Positions 9,942 to 18,186 of a stretch of 64,000 bases of DNA are shown piece by piece. Position 1 is the first letter of the stretch; each line of letters starts with the position of its first letter. The translations under genes were made by a program, and so were the position numbers. A model generated the notes under the pieces. The model was not told where the DNA came from. It made no database searches and saw only the letters and a list, made by a program, of their open reading frames with translations. The stretch covers positions 13,982 to 77,981 of the forward strand of contig DATBRV010000141.1 in NCBI GenBank assembly GCA_036560145.1. Direction: 5' to 3'. The DNA comes from Myxococcota bacterium. Lineage in GTDB: Bacteria > Myxococcota_A > UBA9160 > SMWR01.

Positions 9942-10415
9942 ATGGGGTTCCGGCGGCTCCTCGTCTGCGCGGGCGCGCTGGCGCTTCTGGGCGCGGGGCC
10001 GCCGGCTCCGATTTCGCTGCAAACGCTGGACGGCGACGAGGCCCTGATCCTGCGCGGCTCCGAGGGACCCGACTGGGTCCTGCACTTCTGGGCGAGCTGG
10101 TGCCCCGAGTGCACCGACGAGCTGCCGGCGCTCGCCCGCGCCGCGCGGGCCTGCGATCCGGCGCGCGTGCGGGTGGTCGCGGTGAACGTCGCCGAAGCGC
10201 CGGACCTGGTGCGACGCTACCTGGCGGAGCATTCGATCGACCTGCCGGTCCTGCTCGATCCTCGCGGAACGGCGCGGCGCGATGCTGGCCTGTGGGGCCT
10301 GCCGGCCAACCTGTGGTGGACACGTGACGGTGTCATCTCCAGCGAGGGCGCCAGCCGCGAGAAGGAATGGCGCCGGAGTCTCGGCGAGCTCGGGTGCGGC
10401 AAGGCGGCCCCCTAG
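9942..10415 (+). CDS. TlpA-family thiol:disulfide oxidoreductase (thioredoxin fold)
   Basis: ORF 9942..10415; ATG 1 nt after the upstream stop. Signal peptide and WASWCPEC active site. Confidence 0.85.
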   Translation: MGFRRLLVCAGALALLGAGPPAPISLQTLDGDEALILRGSEGPDWVLHFWASWCPECTDELPALARAARACDPARVRVVAVNVAEAPDLVRRYLAEHSIDLPVLLDPRGTARRDAGLWGLPANLWWTRDGVISSEGASREKEWRRSLGELGCGKAAP

Positions 10416-11653
10416 TGCACATCGACGATCTCGAGCGGCCGCGGCTCCCCTTCGCGCTGCGCGCGCTCAACTTCGCGGGGCGGCCCTTCGCCCGCGGCCT
10501 CCGCCTCGACGAGGACGCACTGCTGGCCTCCGCGCGCCGCCGCGCCCGGCTCTCCGACTTCGGCGATCCGGCCTTTCGCGAGCCGCTGCGCGTGCTGCTC
10601 TCGGCGCTGGAACGGGAGGCGGCCCTGTCGCCCGTCGGGCGCTTCGTCGCCCGCAGCCTCGTGCTCCAGCTGCTGGTGACGCGCCTGCGCGCCGAGGCGC
10701 TGCTACGCGCGCACCCGGAGATCCTGGAGGAGGAGGTGCGCGCGCCGATCGTGATCCTCGGCCTTCCGCGCACCGGCACCACGCATCTGCACAACCTGAT
10801 GTCGCAGGATCCGGGTCTGCGGTCGCTCCCCTACTGGGAATCGCTCGAGCCGATCCCCGACGCTCCCGATCCGCGCCGGCCGCCGCAGCCCGATCCGCGC
10901 GTGCGGCGCTGCGCGCAGGGGCTCTCGCTGCTGCACTGGGCGATGCCGCTCTTCCCGCTGATGCACGAGATGGAGCCCGAAGCTCGCCACGAGGAGATCC
11001 AGCTGCTGGCGGTGGCCTTCTCCACCATGTTGTTCGAAGCCAGCTACTTCGTTCCCAGCTACCGCGACTGGTACCGCGCGACGGACCAGACCCCGGCCTA
11101 CCGGTACCTGCGCCGCCTGCTCCAGACGCTCCAATGGCTGCGCGGGCCGCGTCGCTGGCTGCTCAAGTCGCCCCAACACCTCGAGCAGCTGGGCCCCCTC
11201 TTGCGCGTCTTCCCCGACGCGCGGATCGTGCAGACCCACCGCGATCCGGTGCGCGTGACGGCGTCGATGTGCACGATGGCGGCCTATGGCCTGCGCATGT
11301 CGCGCGCGCGGATCGACGTCGAACGAACCGGCCGCTACTGGGCGGATCGGATCGAGCAGATGCTGCGCGCGTCCGTCGAAGGCCGCCCGCTGGTCCCGGC
11401 GGGCCAGGTGACCGACGTGCGCTTCCACGATTTCATGAAGGACGATCTCGCGACGGTGGAGCGCGTCTACGCGTTCTTCGGGGAGCCGCTGTCGCAGCCG
11501 GCTCGCGCGGCGATGCGCGCCTATCTGGAGGGCCACGCGCGCGGGCGCCTGGGCGCGATCGACTACCGGCTCGAAGATTTCGGGCTCGACGCCGGCGAGC
11601 GGCGGCGCGCGCTGCGCTTCTATCATGAGCGCTTCGGGGTCCTGGACGAATGA
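10415..11653 (+). CDS. sulfotransferase family protein
   Basis: ORF 10367..11653. GTG 10415 overlaps the TlpA stop by 1 nt (taGTG) and is preferred over the ORF-track start at 10367. PAPS-binding loop LGLPRTGTTHLHNLM and later RDPVRV-type segment. Confidence 0.8.
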   Translation: MHIDDLERPRLPFALRALNFAGRPFARGLRLDEDALLASARRRARLSDFGDPAFREPLRVLLSALEREAALSPVGRFVARSLVLQLLVTRLRAEALLRAHPEILEEEVRAPIVILGLPRTGTTHLHNLMSQDPGLRSLPYWESLEPIPDAPDPRRPPQPDPRVRRCAQGLSLLHWAMPLFPLMHEMEPEARHEEIQLLAVAFSTMLFEASYFVPSYRDWYRATDQTPAYRYLRRLLQTLQWLRGPRRWLLKSPQHLEQLGPLLRVFPDARIVQTHRDPVRVTASMCTMAAYGLRMSRARIDVERTGRYWADRIEQMLRASVEGRPLVPAGQVTDVRFHDFMKDDLATVERVYAFFGEPLSQPARAAMRAYLEGHARGRLGAIDYRLEDFGLDAGERRRALRFYHERFGVLDE

Positions 11654-12921
11654 GCTTCGCCCGCCTCCGGCTCGGCGCGCTCCTCCTCGCGATCGCCGCC
11701 TTTGCCGCCGTCGCCGTCGGCTTGCGGCGCGGGATGCCGTTCAACCGGGACGGATGGCTCTACTGGCAGGGCTCCGTCTCGATCCTGAGCGGCCTCGGAT
11801 ACCGCGACTTCGCGGGCGAGCCGATCACCGCCTGGCCTCCGGTCTACTCGGTGTACCTCGCATTCTGCCAGCTGGCGCTCGGGGTATCCGCCTGGGCGAT
11901 CGTGATCTCGACGGCCCTGGCGACCGCCGCCGCCGTCGCGACCTGGTTCCTCCTGCTCGCCTGGTTCGCCCGCGAACGTGGACGAGCGCCGAAGGACGTT
12001 CTCTGCGCGCTCGCCTTCGTCAGCGCCGTGCTCGCTCTCAGCGCCCGCAACGTGCGCTCGGAGAACCTCTTCCACGCCGTCCTCCCGCTGCTGCTCCTGT
12101 TCGCGCTGCGCGCACGCGTCAGCACGACGCCCCGAACGTTCCTGATCTGGTCGGGCCTCGCCGGCGTCGCGCTGCTCGTCTCGCTCCTGATCCGCAATGC
12201 GTCGCTGGCCTTCTGGCCGGCGCTGCTCGCGGTCCTGCTGCTGAATCGGCGGATCTCCTGGCGGGCGCGGGGCGCCGGGTGCGGCCTGGTCACGGCGCTC
12301 GCGCTTCCGATCTGGCTCGCGCTGCGAGCCTGGCTCGGCCAGCTGGGGGAGCATCCGCTCCAGCTGGGCGGGCGCTTCGGGTTCGCCGAATATCTGCTGC
12401 AGCTCGTCGCGGGCATCGACCGCAACACGGGGGTGCGGCTCCTCGGGCTCCCGCTCCTCGCGCTGCTCGCCGCGGGCCTCTTGCGCGCCGACACGGCGCG
12501 CGCGAGCGCGGGCGAGCCCGACCGGCTCGGCCGGGCGGCGCTGCTCTTCACGGCGGTGGCGGCCTGCGCCCTGCTGGCCATCTTCAACCTGACCAGGGTC
12601 TGGGACAAGCCCGAGAGTCGCTTCACCCTGTTCGCGACGCTCGTGATCGGCGGCCTCGGCGTGCTCGACCTGCCGGCGCTGCTTCGGCGACGCTGGCTCG
12701 CGCTTGCTCTCGTCCTTCTCTTCGCGGAGCCGACCCTCCGGCTCGCCAAGAACACGATCCTGGGTCGGGGACCGCGAGACGCGGATTTCCGCGCGGAGTC
12801 GCTGAGGGGATTCGCACCGAGCGCGACCGCGATCGACCCCGAGCACGTCCGGCGCGCGCCCGCTCCGAGCGGCGACCTCGTGCTCGTCAGCCCTCCGTAC
12901 CCGGAGGGGATCCGCTTCTAG
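11650..12921 (+). CDS. polytopic membrane protein (unknown; glycosyltransferase/polymerase-like topology)
   Basis: ORF 11650..12921. ATGA overlap with the sulfotransferase stop and about 10 TM helices. The first ~30 nt match the intergenic repeat family (see repeat 11651..11680), so the start is uncertain. Confidence 0.55.
   Translation: MSFARLRLGALLLAIAAFAAVAVGLRRGMPFNRDGWLYWQGSVSILSGLGYRDFAGEPITAWPPVYSVYLAFCQLALGVSAWAIVISTALATAAAVATWFLLLAWFARERGRAPKDVLCALAFVSAVLALSARNVRSENLFHAVLPLLLLFALRARVSTTPRTFLIWSGLAGVALLVSLLIRNASLAFWPALLAVLLLNRRISWRARGAGCGLVTALALPIWLALRAWLGQLGEHPLQLGGRFGFAEYLLQLVAGIDRNTGVRLLGLPLLALLAAGLLRADTARASAGEPDRLGRAALLFTAVAACALLAIFNLTRVWDKPESRFTLFATLVIGGLGVLDLPALLRRRWLALALVLLFAEPTLRLAKNTILGRGPRDADFRAESLRGFAPSATAIDPEHVRRAPAPSGDLVLVSPPYPEGIRF
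11651..11680 (+). repeat. diverged copy F of the intergenic repeat core, overlapping a CDS start
   Basis: tgagcttcgcccgcctccggctcggcgcgc versus copy C tgagcttcgctcgcctgcggctcgctgcgcgg. The first 24 nt differ at 2 positions. Confidence 0.5.
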
Positions 12922-14384
12922 CGGTGGGTAGAGGGGCTCTCCGCGCCGACGCCCTCGAACACCCAGCCCGTCCCCGGATCGGTGAGCTGGACCTCGCCCT
13001 CGACGGCCGCCGCATCGACGAGCCAGAGCCGCAGGTCGCCGGAGTCCGCGTCGCGCAAGACAAGGTCCAGGCGGTGATCGCCGTCGAAGTCGCCGCCGGC
13101 CTGCACCTCGAACCCGGCGAGGCTCGCGCCCTGGTCGCCGCCGGAGAGGAAATCGCTCGCGTCGAGGACGAGCGAGGTCCTGGCCCGGGGTCCGCTCCAG
13201 TCCAGCTGGGTGTACCAGATCCGCAGCTGGCCGGTGTCGCGCGCGCGGACGACGACGTCGGGGAGCCGATTGCCGTCGCTGTCGCCGATCGCCACCACGT
13301 CTCCTGGCGACGTGCCCCTGAACAGCTCGACGTTCTTGTCGATCTGGAGCCACGAGCCGAACGTCGTGACCTGGGCCGTGTTCGTGGTCGGGTTGTACCA
13401 GAGCATGTCGGCGATCTTGTCGTCGCTGAAATCGGCGACGCCCGCCACCTGCCACGCCGTAGACAGGGGATCGCTCAGATTCGTGCGCGACACGATGCGG
13501 GGTCCGTTCATGAACCAGATCTCGATGCGCCGGGTGCTCGGGTTGCGCAGGAAGACGTCGTCGCGGCCGTTGCGGTCGAAATCGCCGGACCCCGCCACCT
13601 GCCAGTCGGCCGAGAGCGAGGCCGCCAGCTGACCGCCGCCCACCACCGCGCCGTCCACCAGCAGCTGCACGGAGACGGCCGTCGTCGCGTCGTCGCGCGT
13701 GAGCAGGTCGGCGTGGCCGTCGCCGTCGTAGTCGCCGTTGCCAAGGATCGCGGAGCTCATGGGCAGTTCGTCGACGCGCGCGGCACCCTTCGGCCCCTCG
13801 CCCCCCATGAACCAGACCTCCGTGCTGCCGCTGCTGCCTTCGCGCAGCAGCAGATCGGCGCGGCCGTCACCGTCGAAGTCGGGTGAGCTCGCCGGACGCG
13901 CCGGATCCCAGGGATTGGGCGCGGGAGTCGGAGGAGGAGGAGGAGGAGGAGGCGGAGGCGGCGGAGGAGGAGGAGGAGGAGGCGGCGGCGGCGGGGGAGG
14001 GGGAGGAGGCGGCGTCGGCGTCCCGGGGTTGCTCGTCGACCCCGCCTTGAACTGAACATACTCCGAGGAGTTCGAGCGCGGGCCGTCGGGTCCGTCGAAG
14101 GATGCGACCGCCGCGACCTGGACGCGGATGAAATCGCCGAAGCCTCCGGGGACCGTCACCTCCCTCGTGTCTGCGGGGACGCTGGGCGTGGTGGGGTGGG
14201 GGCGGAACCCGCCGAAGTTGCGCTCGACGTAGATGCGATACCCGGCCACCGGGCCGGACGCGGCGCTCCAGGTGAACTTCGCCTGCGTGACCCCGAAGAT
14301 GTCGCGGTCCGCACGGGCGGGCGCCGCGACGGCGAGGAGCGACGTGACCAGAGCCGCGCTGCGCGTCCACCGGGAGCGGACCAT
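12918..14384 (-). CDS. secreted FG-GAP/VCBS-repeat protein with N-terminal FN3-like domain and poly-proline linker
   Basis: ORF 12918..14384. Signal peptide, then repeated DFDGDGRADLL / DYDGDGHADLL / DFDRNGRDDVF / DFDGDHRLDLV motifs. 28 consecutive Pro residues separate the two parts. Confidence 0.8.
   Translation of the reverse strand: MVRSRWTRSAALVTSLLAVAAPARADRDIFGVTQAKFTWSAASGPVAGYRIYVERNFGGFRPHPTTPSVPADTREVTVPGGFGDFIRVQVAAVASFDGPDGPRSNSSEYVQFKAGSTSNPGTPTPPPPPPPPPPPPPPPPPPPPPPPPPPPPTPAPNPWDPARPASSPDFDGDGRADLLLREGSSGSTEVWFMGGEGPKGAARVDELPMSSAILGNGDYDGDGHADLLTRDDATTAVSVQLLVDGAVVGGGQLAASLSADWQVAGSGDFDRNGRDDVFLRNPSTRRIEIWFMNGPRIVSRTNLSDPLSTAWQVAGVADFSDDKIADMLWYNPTTNTAQVTTFGSWLQIDKNVELFRGTSPGDVVAIGDSDGNRLPDVVVRARDTGQLRIWYTQLDWSGPRARTSLVLDASDFLSGGDQGASLAGFEVQAGGDFDGDHRLDLVLRDADSGDLRLWLVDAAAVEGEVQLTDPGTGWVFEGVGAESPSTHR
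13929..14012 (-). repeat. (CCN)28 / (GGN)28 trinucleotide tract encoding 28 prolines
   Basis: Read codon by codon: agg/cgg/ggg triplets on the + strand from 13929 to 14012, all in frame with the minus-strand CDS. Confidence 0.95.
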
Positions 14385-14458
14385 GGGAACTCCGCCGCGG
14401 GGGGTCTCGACGGCAGCCAGGGGAAGATCCCCCCCATGGCTTCGCCGAACCGCGGTCT

Positions 14459-14478
14459 TCTCCGTCCGTCGACGGAGA
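14459..14478 (-). terminator. GC-rich hairpin just downstream of the DUF1214-like gene stop
   Basis: tctccgtc-cgtc-gacggaga: 8-bp stem, 4-nt loop, 7 nt after the stop at 14485-14487. There is no U-tract, so terminator function is uncertain. Confidence 0.3.
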
Positions 14479-14484
14479 CCATAG

Positions 14485-15576
14485 CTAACGCGCGAGAGGG
14501 CGCAGTTCTGTGACCTGCGTCACCGAAGCCGTCGGCCGCGTCGGAGGGCTCTCGGGGAGGAACCAGCGGAACCAGATCCGACCGCGCGGGTGGTCCGCGG
14601 TCGAGATCCAATTGGGGACACCCGGATCGCGCGCCGCGATCACGATCCGCCAGGAGCCGTCCGGCTGGTAGCGCACCTGCCCACCGTTCAGCGTCACCTG
14701 CTCGTAACGGTAGTCGTAGGTCTGGAGATAGGGGTTCCAGAGGCAGACGTTCCAGAAGGCGCAGCGCGGCGAGCGCCCCTCCAGCACCAGCGCCTCGTCC
14801 TCGCCCAGCTCGAAGCTCCCCATCGCGTAGGCCGCGTCGCCCGCCGCCCAGCCGTAGGTGCGCTGCGGGACCCCATAGGGCTCGTCGATCTGGTTCAGCT
14901 TCGAGCGGTCGAGCGGGAGCGGCGTGATCTTGAGCATGTCGCGGATGAAGTTCGTGGCGGCCTGGAAGCGGCGCGCGAGGTCCGCGTCGGAGAGACGCGG
15001 CGGCGGCGCCGCGTCGAGGCACTCGATCGCGAAGCTCGCCGGACGGTCCGACATCGGGTGCACGAGGTAATCGCGTGTGACCAGGCAGACGCTGTCTGGG
15101 TCGAGCTTGATCCAGTTGCCGGGCTGCTCGTGCGCGGAGAGCCGCACCTCGAAGGAGCCGTCCGGCTCGAAGCGCATCGAGCGGTCGTTGAGCGTGGCGA
15201 CGATGCGGTCGGACCAGCGCCCGTCGCGCGGTCCCCCGTAGACCGTCAGCGACAGGTAGCAGGAGTCGCGGCGCACGCCGCGAATCCGGTAGCTGCGCTC
15301 GGGGTGCAGCGGCGCGAAGGTGTAATTGGCATCCGCGTTGTCACCGCCAAATTTTCTGGTGGGTCCGACGATCGGGACCACCGTCGGGCGCGCGTCGTCC
15401 GCCCAGAGGTAGCAGTCGAGCGCCACCGAGAGGATCTCGGTGAGCCAGCGGTAGCCCTCCAGCACCGACGGATCGTCGACCGCGCGCGGACCCTCGAGGA
15501 AGAGCGCGTCGGAATCGCGCAGCAGATCGAAGAGCTCCTTGAACGCCGCGGTCGTCTCGAATTTCCGCTCGGCCAT
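14485..15576 (-). CDS. DUF1214-like protein
   Basis: ATG 15576 preceded by GGAGG, inside ORF 14485..15834 (MAERKFETTAAFKELFDLL...). The family call is from memory of DUF1214/DUF1254 proteins. Last gene of the P450 operon. Confidence 0.6.
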   Translation of the reverse strand: MAERKFETTAAFKELFDLLRDSDALFLEGPRAVDDPSVLEGYRWLTEILSVALDCYLWADDARPTVVPIVGPTRKFGGDNADANYTFAPLHPERSYRIRGVRRDSCYLSLTVYGGPRDGRWSDRIVATLNDRSMRFEPDGSFEVRLSAHEQPGNWIKLDPDSVCLVTRDYLVHPMSDRPASFAIECLDAAPPPRLSDADLARRFQAATNFIRDMLKITPLPLDRSKLNQIDEPYGVPQRTYGWAAGDAAYAMGSFELGEDEALVLEGRSPRCAFWNVCLWNPYLQTYDYRYEQVTLNGGQVRYQPDGSWRIVIAARDPGVPNWISTADHPRGRIWFRWFLPESPPTRPTASVTQVTELRPLAR

Positions 15577-15598
15577 GGGGCTTGCCTCCTGGATCGCT

Positions 15599-16012
15599 TC
15601 AGGGATCGGTCGTCGGGGGGACCAGCCGGATCGGAACGGCATCGCGGCGCACGAGCAGTCCGTACCAGCGGTCCACCAGGCCATACTTCCCGGCGAAGGC
15701 CTCGTCGACGGCGAGGCGCGCCTCGGGCGTGGGCTCGGGGATCGCGAGCCGCGCTTCGCGCCGGCCCCCGCGCTCCAGCTCGACGCGGGGGTTCGCGAGC
15801 AGGCGGCGGTACCAGGCGCGGCGCGGGTTCGCAACGCGGACCCAGGTCACGTCTCCCAGATCGACGATCCACATCTTGGTGGAGAACTCGGCGCCCCTCT
15901 CGTCGCGCGTGTGGAGCAACACGACCTCGGTCTGCTCGCCAGCCACGTAGGTGGCGGCGACGATCAGCGCCCAGACGGCGATGCTTCCGAGAATCGCCCT
16001 GCGGAAGGTCAC
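15599..16012 (-). CDS. membrane-anchored PNPOx/DUF385-like (deazaflavin-dependent nitroreductase family-like) protein
   Basis: GTG 16012 forms a GTGA overlap with the P450 stop (16009-16011), in frame with ORF 15599..17164. One N-terminal TM helix, then WIVDLGDVTWVRVANPRRAWYRRLLANPRVELE, which resembles the WYxNLxANPxV motif of that family. Confidence 0.5.
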   Translation of the reverse strand: MTFRRAILGSIAVWALIVAATYVAGEQTEVVLLHTRDERGAEFSTKMWIVDLGDVTWVRVANPRRAWYRRLLANPRVELERGGRREARLAIPEPTPEARLAVDEAFAGKYGLVDRWYGLLVRRDAVPIRLVPPTTDP

Positions 16013-17241
16013 GCCGGCGCGAGGCGCCACCGGATCGGGACGCGCTTGATGCCGCCGACGAAGCTCGAGCGCACGCGCTCCGGCGGGCCGGCGAGCTCCA
16101 CGTGCTGGAGCCGCCGACGCAGCTGCGCGAAGGCGCAGCGCAGCTCGAGGCGCGCCAGGTGCGCGCCGAGACAGACGTGCTCGCCGCGGCCGAAGCCGAT
16201 GTGCTCGTTCGGTTGGCGGTCGATGCGGAAGCGGAACGGCTCGTCGAAGACCTCCTCGTCCCGATTCGCCGAGGGATAGAACAGGCAGAGCGAATCGCCC
16301 TCGCGGATCCGCTTCCCGCGCAGGACGTAGTCCTGGGTGGCCGTCCGGCAGAACTGGATCACCGGCGTGGTCCAGCGCACGATCTCCTCCACCGCCGGAT
16401 CGACCAGCGAGGGATCCCGCACCAGCTTGCGCCACTCCTCGGGGTTCTCGATGAAGGCGAGCAGGCCGCCCGTCATGGCGTTGCGCGTCGTCTCGTTGCC
16501 GGCGACGACCAGCAGGAAGTAGTAGGAGAGCAGCTCGATCGGCTCGAGCGGCCGGCCGTTCACGCTGCCGTTCGCGACCACGCTCACGATGTCCTGGGTG
16601 GGCTGGGCGCGGCGCTTGACCGCCATCTCGTGGAAGTACTGGAACAGCTCGGCGCGCGACTGTTGGAGCGTGTCCTGCACGGACCCCCCGCGCTGGAACT
16701 CGGGATCCTGGGGCGCGATCGTCTCGTTGGTCCACTTGAAGAGCAGCTCCCAATCCTCGCGCGGCACGCCCAGCATCTCGGCGATCACGGCGATCGTGAT
16801 CCTGGCCGAGACGTCCCGGACGAAGTCGCAGCGCTCCTCGCGGCCGGCTTCGTCGAGCACCTCGCGCGTGATGCGATCGACATGCGGCGCCAGCGCCTGG
16901 ACCGCGCGCGGCGTGAACTGCTTGGCGGCGACGTTGCGATAGGGCCCATGATCGGGCGGGTCCATGTTGAGCAGGTGCCGGACCGAGCCGTCTTCGGGCA
17001 ACTCCACGTCGTTGGTGAAGACCGCCAGCCGCGGCGAGTTCAGGAATTTGTCGGGCTGCTTGCCGAGCTCGACGATGTCCGCGTGCTTGGTGACCGCCCA
17101 GAAGGGATCGACGTTGTCGCGCTCGTACCAGAAGACGGGCGCGTGCTTGCGCAGAAACGTCCACTCGGGATGCGGGTAACCGTTCTTCTCGTAGTGCTCG
17201 GCGGTCGCGATGTCGAGGGTGTGGAGATCCAATTCACGCAT
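16009..17241 (-). CDS. cytochrome P450
   Basis: ORF 16009..17241. AGNETTRN, EEIVRW, FGRGEHVCLG, C-terminal GGIKRVPIRW. Resembles the CYP124/125/142 lipid/sterol omega-hydroxylase clade; clade assignment is from memory. Confidence 0.92.
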   Translation of the reverse strand: MRELDLHTLDIATAEHYEKNGYPHPEWTFLRKHAPVFWYERDNVDPFWAVTKHADIVELGKQPDKFLNSPRLAVFTNDVELPEDGSVRHLLNMDPPDHGPYRNVAAKQFTPRAVQALAPHVDRITREVLDEAGREERCDFVRDVSARITIAVIAEMLGVPREDWELLFKWTNETIAPQDPEFQRGGSVQDTLQQSRAELFQYFHEMAVKRRAQPTQDIVSVVANGSVNGRPLEPIELLSYYFLLVVAGNETTRNAMTGGLLAFIENPEEWRKLVRDPSLVDPAVEEIVRWTTPVIQFCRTATQDYVLRGKRIREGDSLCLFYPSANRDEEVFDEPFRFRIDRQPNEHIGFGRGEHVCLGAHLARLELRCAFAQLRRRLQHVELAGPPERVRSSFVGGIKRVPIRWRLAPA

Positions 17242-17329
17242 GTCGGACGGCTCCTGGCCATGCCCGTCGTCGAGAAGGCCCTCATGCTACCCTGCCGCCC
17301 GCACGCCCGCCGGCCCACGCGAGGAGCCC

Positions 17330-17737
17330 ATGAGCCAGAACCAGAGCCGCCTTCGCCAGCTGTTCCGGGATCTCGATCGCCTCGACTTCGACGCCGTGGC
17401 GGCGCATTGCGCGGAAGACTGCGTCTACGAGGACGTCCCCTACGAGGCCGCCACCGTGCGCGGCCGCGCCGCGATCCAGGCCAAGCTCGCGCTCGGCCTC
17501 GGCAACCTCGAGCGGCTCCCGACCACGATCCACGAGCTGATCGAGCAGGGCGACACCATCCTGGTCGAGCGCACGGAGGTCTGGCACCACAAGAGCGGAG
17601 AACGCGCGACGCTGCGGGTGGCCGCCGTCTTCAAGTTCCGCGACGGCGAGCTGACGCTCTGGCGCGACTACTGGGACGCCCGCACGCTGCTCTCGCAGCA
17701 GCCCGCCGACTGGTTGCCGGAGATCCCGAGGCTCTGA
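17330..17737 (+). CDS. SnoaL/NTF2-like, limonene-1,2-epoxide-hydrolase-like protein
   Basis: ATG 17330 preceded by GAGGAG, inside ORF 17210..17737. 135 aa, with ...FKFRDGELTLWRDYWD typical of the LEH/SnoaL fold. Confidence 0.65.
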   Translation: MSQNQSRLRQLFRDLDRLDFDAVAAHCAEDCVYEDVPYEAATVRGRAAIQAKLALGLGNLERLPTTIHELIEQGDTILVERTEVWHHKSGERATLRVAAVFKFRDGELTLWRDYWDARTLLSQQPADWLPEIPRL

Positions 17738-17739
17738 GC

Positions 17740-18186
17740 ATGCAGGCCCCGTTCCGGCCGGCCACGATCGCGGACGAAGCGGTGCTGCTCGAGCTGATGG
17801 GCGAGTTCTACCGGCACGAGGGCATGGAATTTGCCGAGCCCGCGGCGCGGGCGGCCCTGCGCGGCGTGCTCGACGATCCCTCGCACGGGCGCGCGGTCCT
17901 CATCGAGATGGATGGGGCGGTCGCCGGCTACCTGGTGGTCTGCTTCGGCTGGAGCCTCGAGTTCCAGGGCCGCGACGCCTTCGTCGACGAGCTCTACCTG
18001 CGCGAACGGTTTCGCGGGCAGGGCATCGGCACGCGCGCGCTGGAGGTGGCGGCGGAGCTGTGCCGGAGCAGCGGCGTGCGCGCGCTCCACCTCGAGGTCG
18101 AGCGGCGCAACACCCGCGCGCAGGCGGTCTACCGGCGGGCGGGATTCGTCGACCGCGAGTTCTACCTGATGACGCGCCGGCTCTAG
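17740..18186 (+). CDS. GNAT family N-acetyltransferase
   Basis: ATG 17740, 2 nt after the upstream stop, at the end of ORF 14590..18186. Acetyl-CoA loop RFRGQGIGTRAL. Confidence 0.85.
   Translation: MQAPFRPATIADEAVLLELMGEFYRHEGMEFAEPAARAALRGVLDDPSHGRAVLIEMDGAVAGYLVVCFGWSLEFQGRDAFVDELYLRERFRGQGIGTRALEVAAELCRSSGVRALHLEVERRNTRAQAVYRRAGFVDREFYLMTRRL

Noticed and set aside
10367-10414. ORF-track start of the sulfotransferase at 10367.
   Set aside because: It would overlap the TlpA gene by 49 nt and adds a non-conserved Arg-rich extension. GTG 10415, overlapping the TlpA stop by 1 nt, is the more economical start. This remains unverified.
13921-14020. The G-rich triplet tract considered as a CRISPR or other spacer-repeat array.
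   Set aside because: It is a continuous trinucleotide coding repeat with no spacer structure. No CRISPR-like repeat-spacer pattern was seen anywhere in the window.
13738-14055. Plus-strand ORF encoding a poly-glycine protein.
   Set aside because: It is the antisense reading of the poly-proline tract of the FG-GAP gene and has no independent support.
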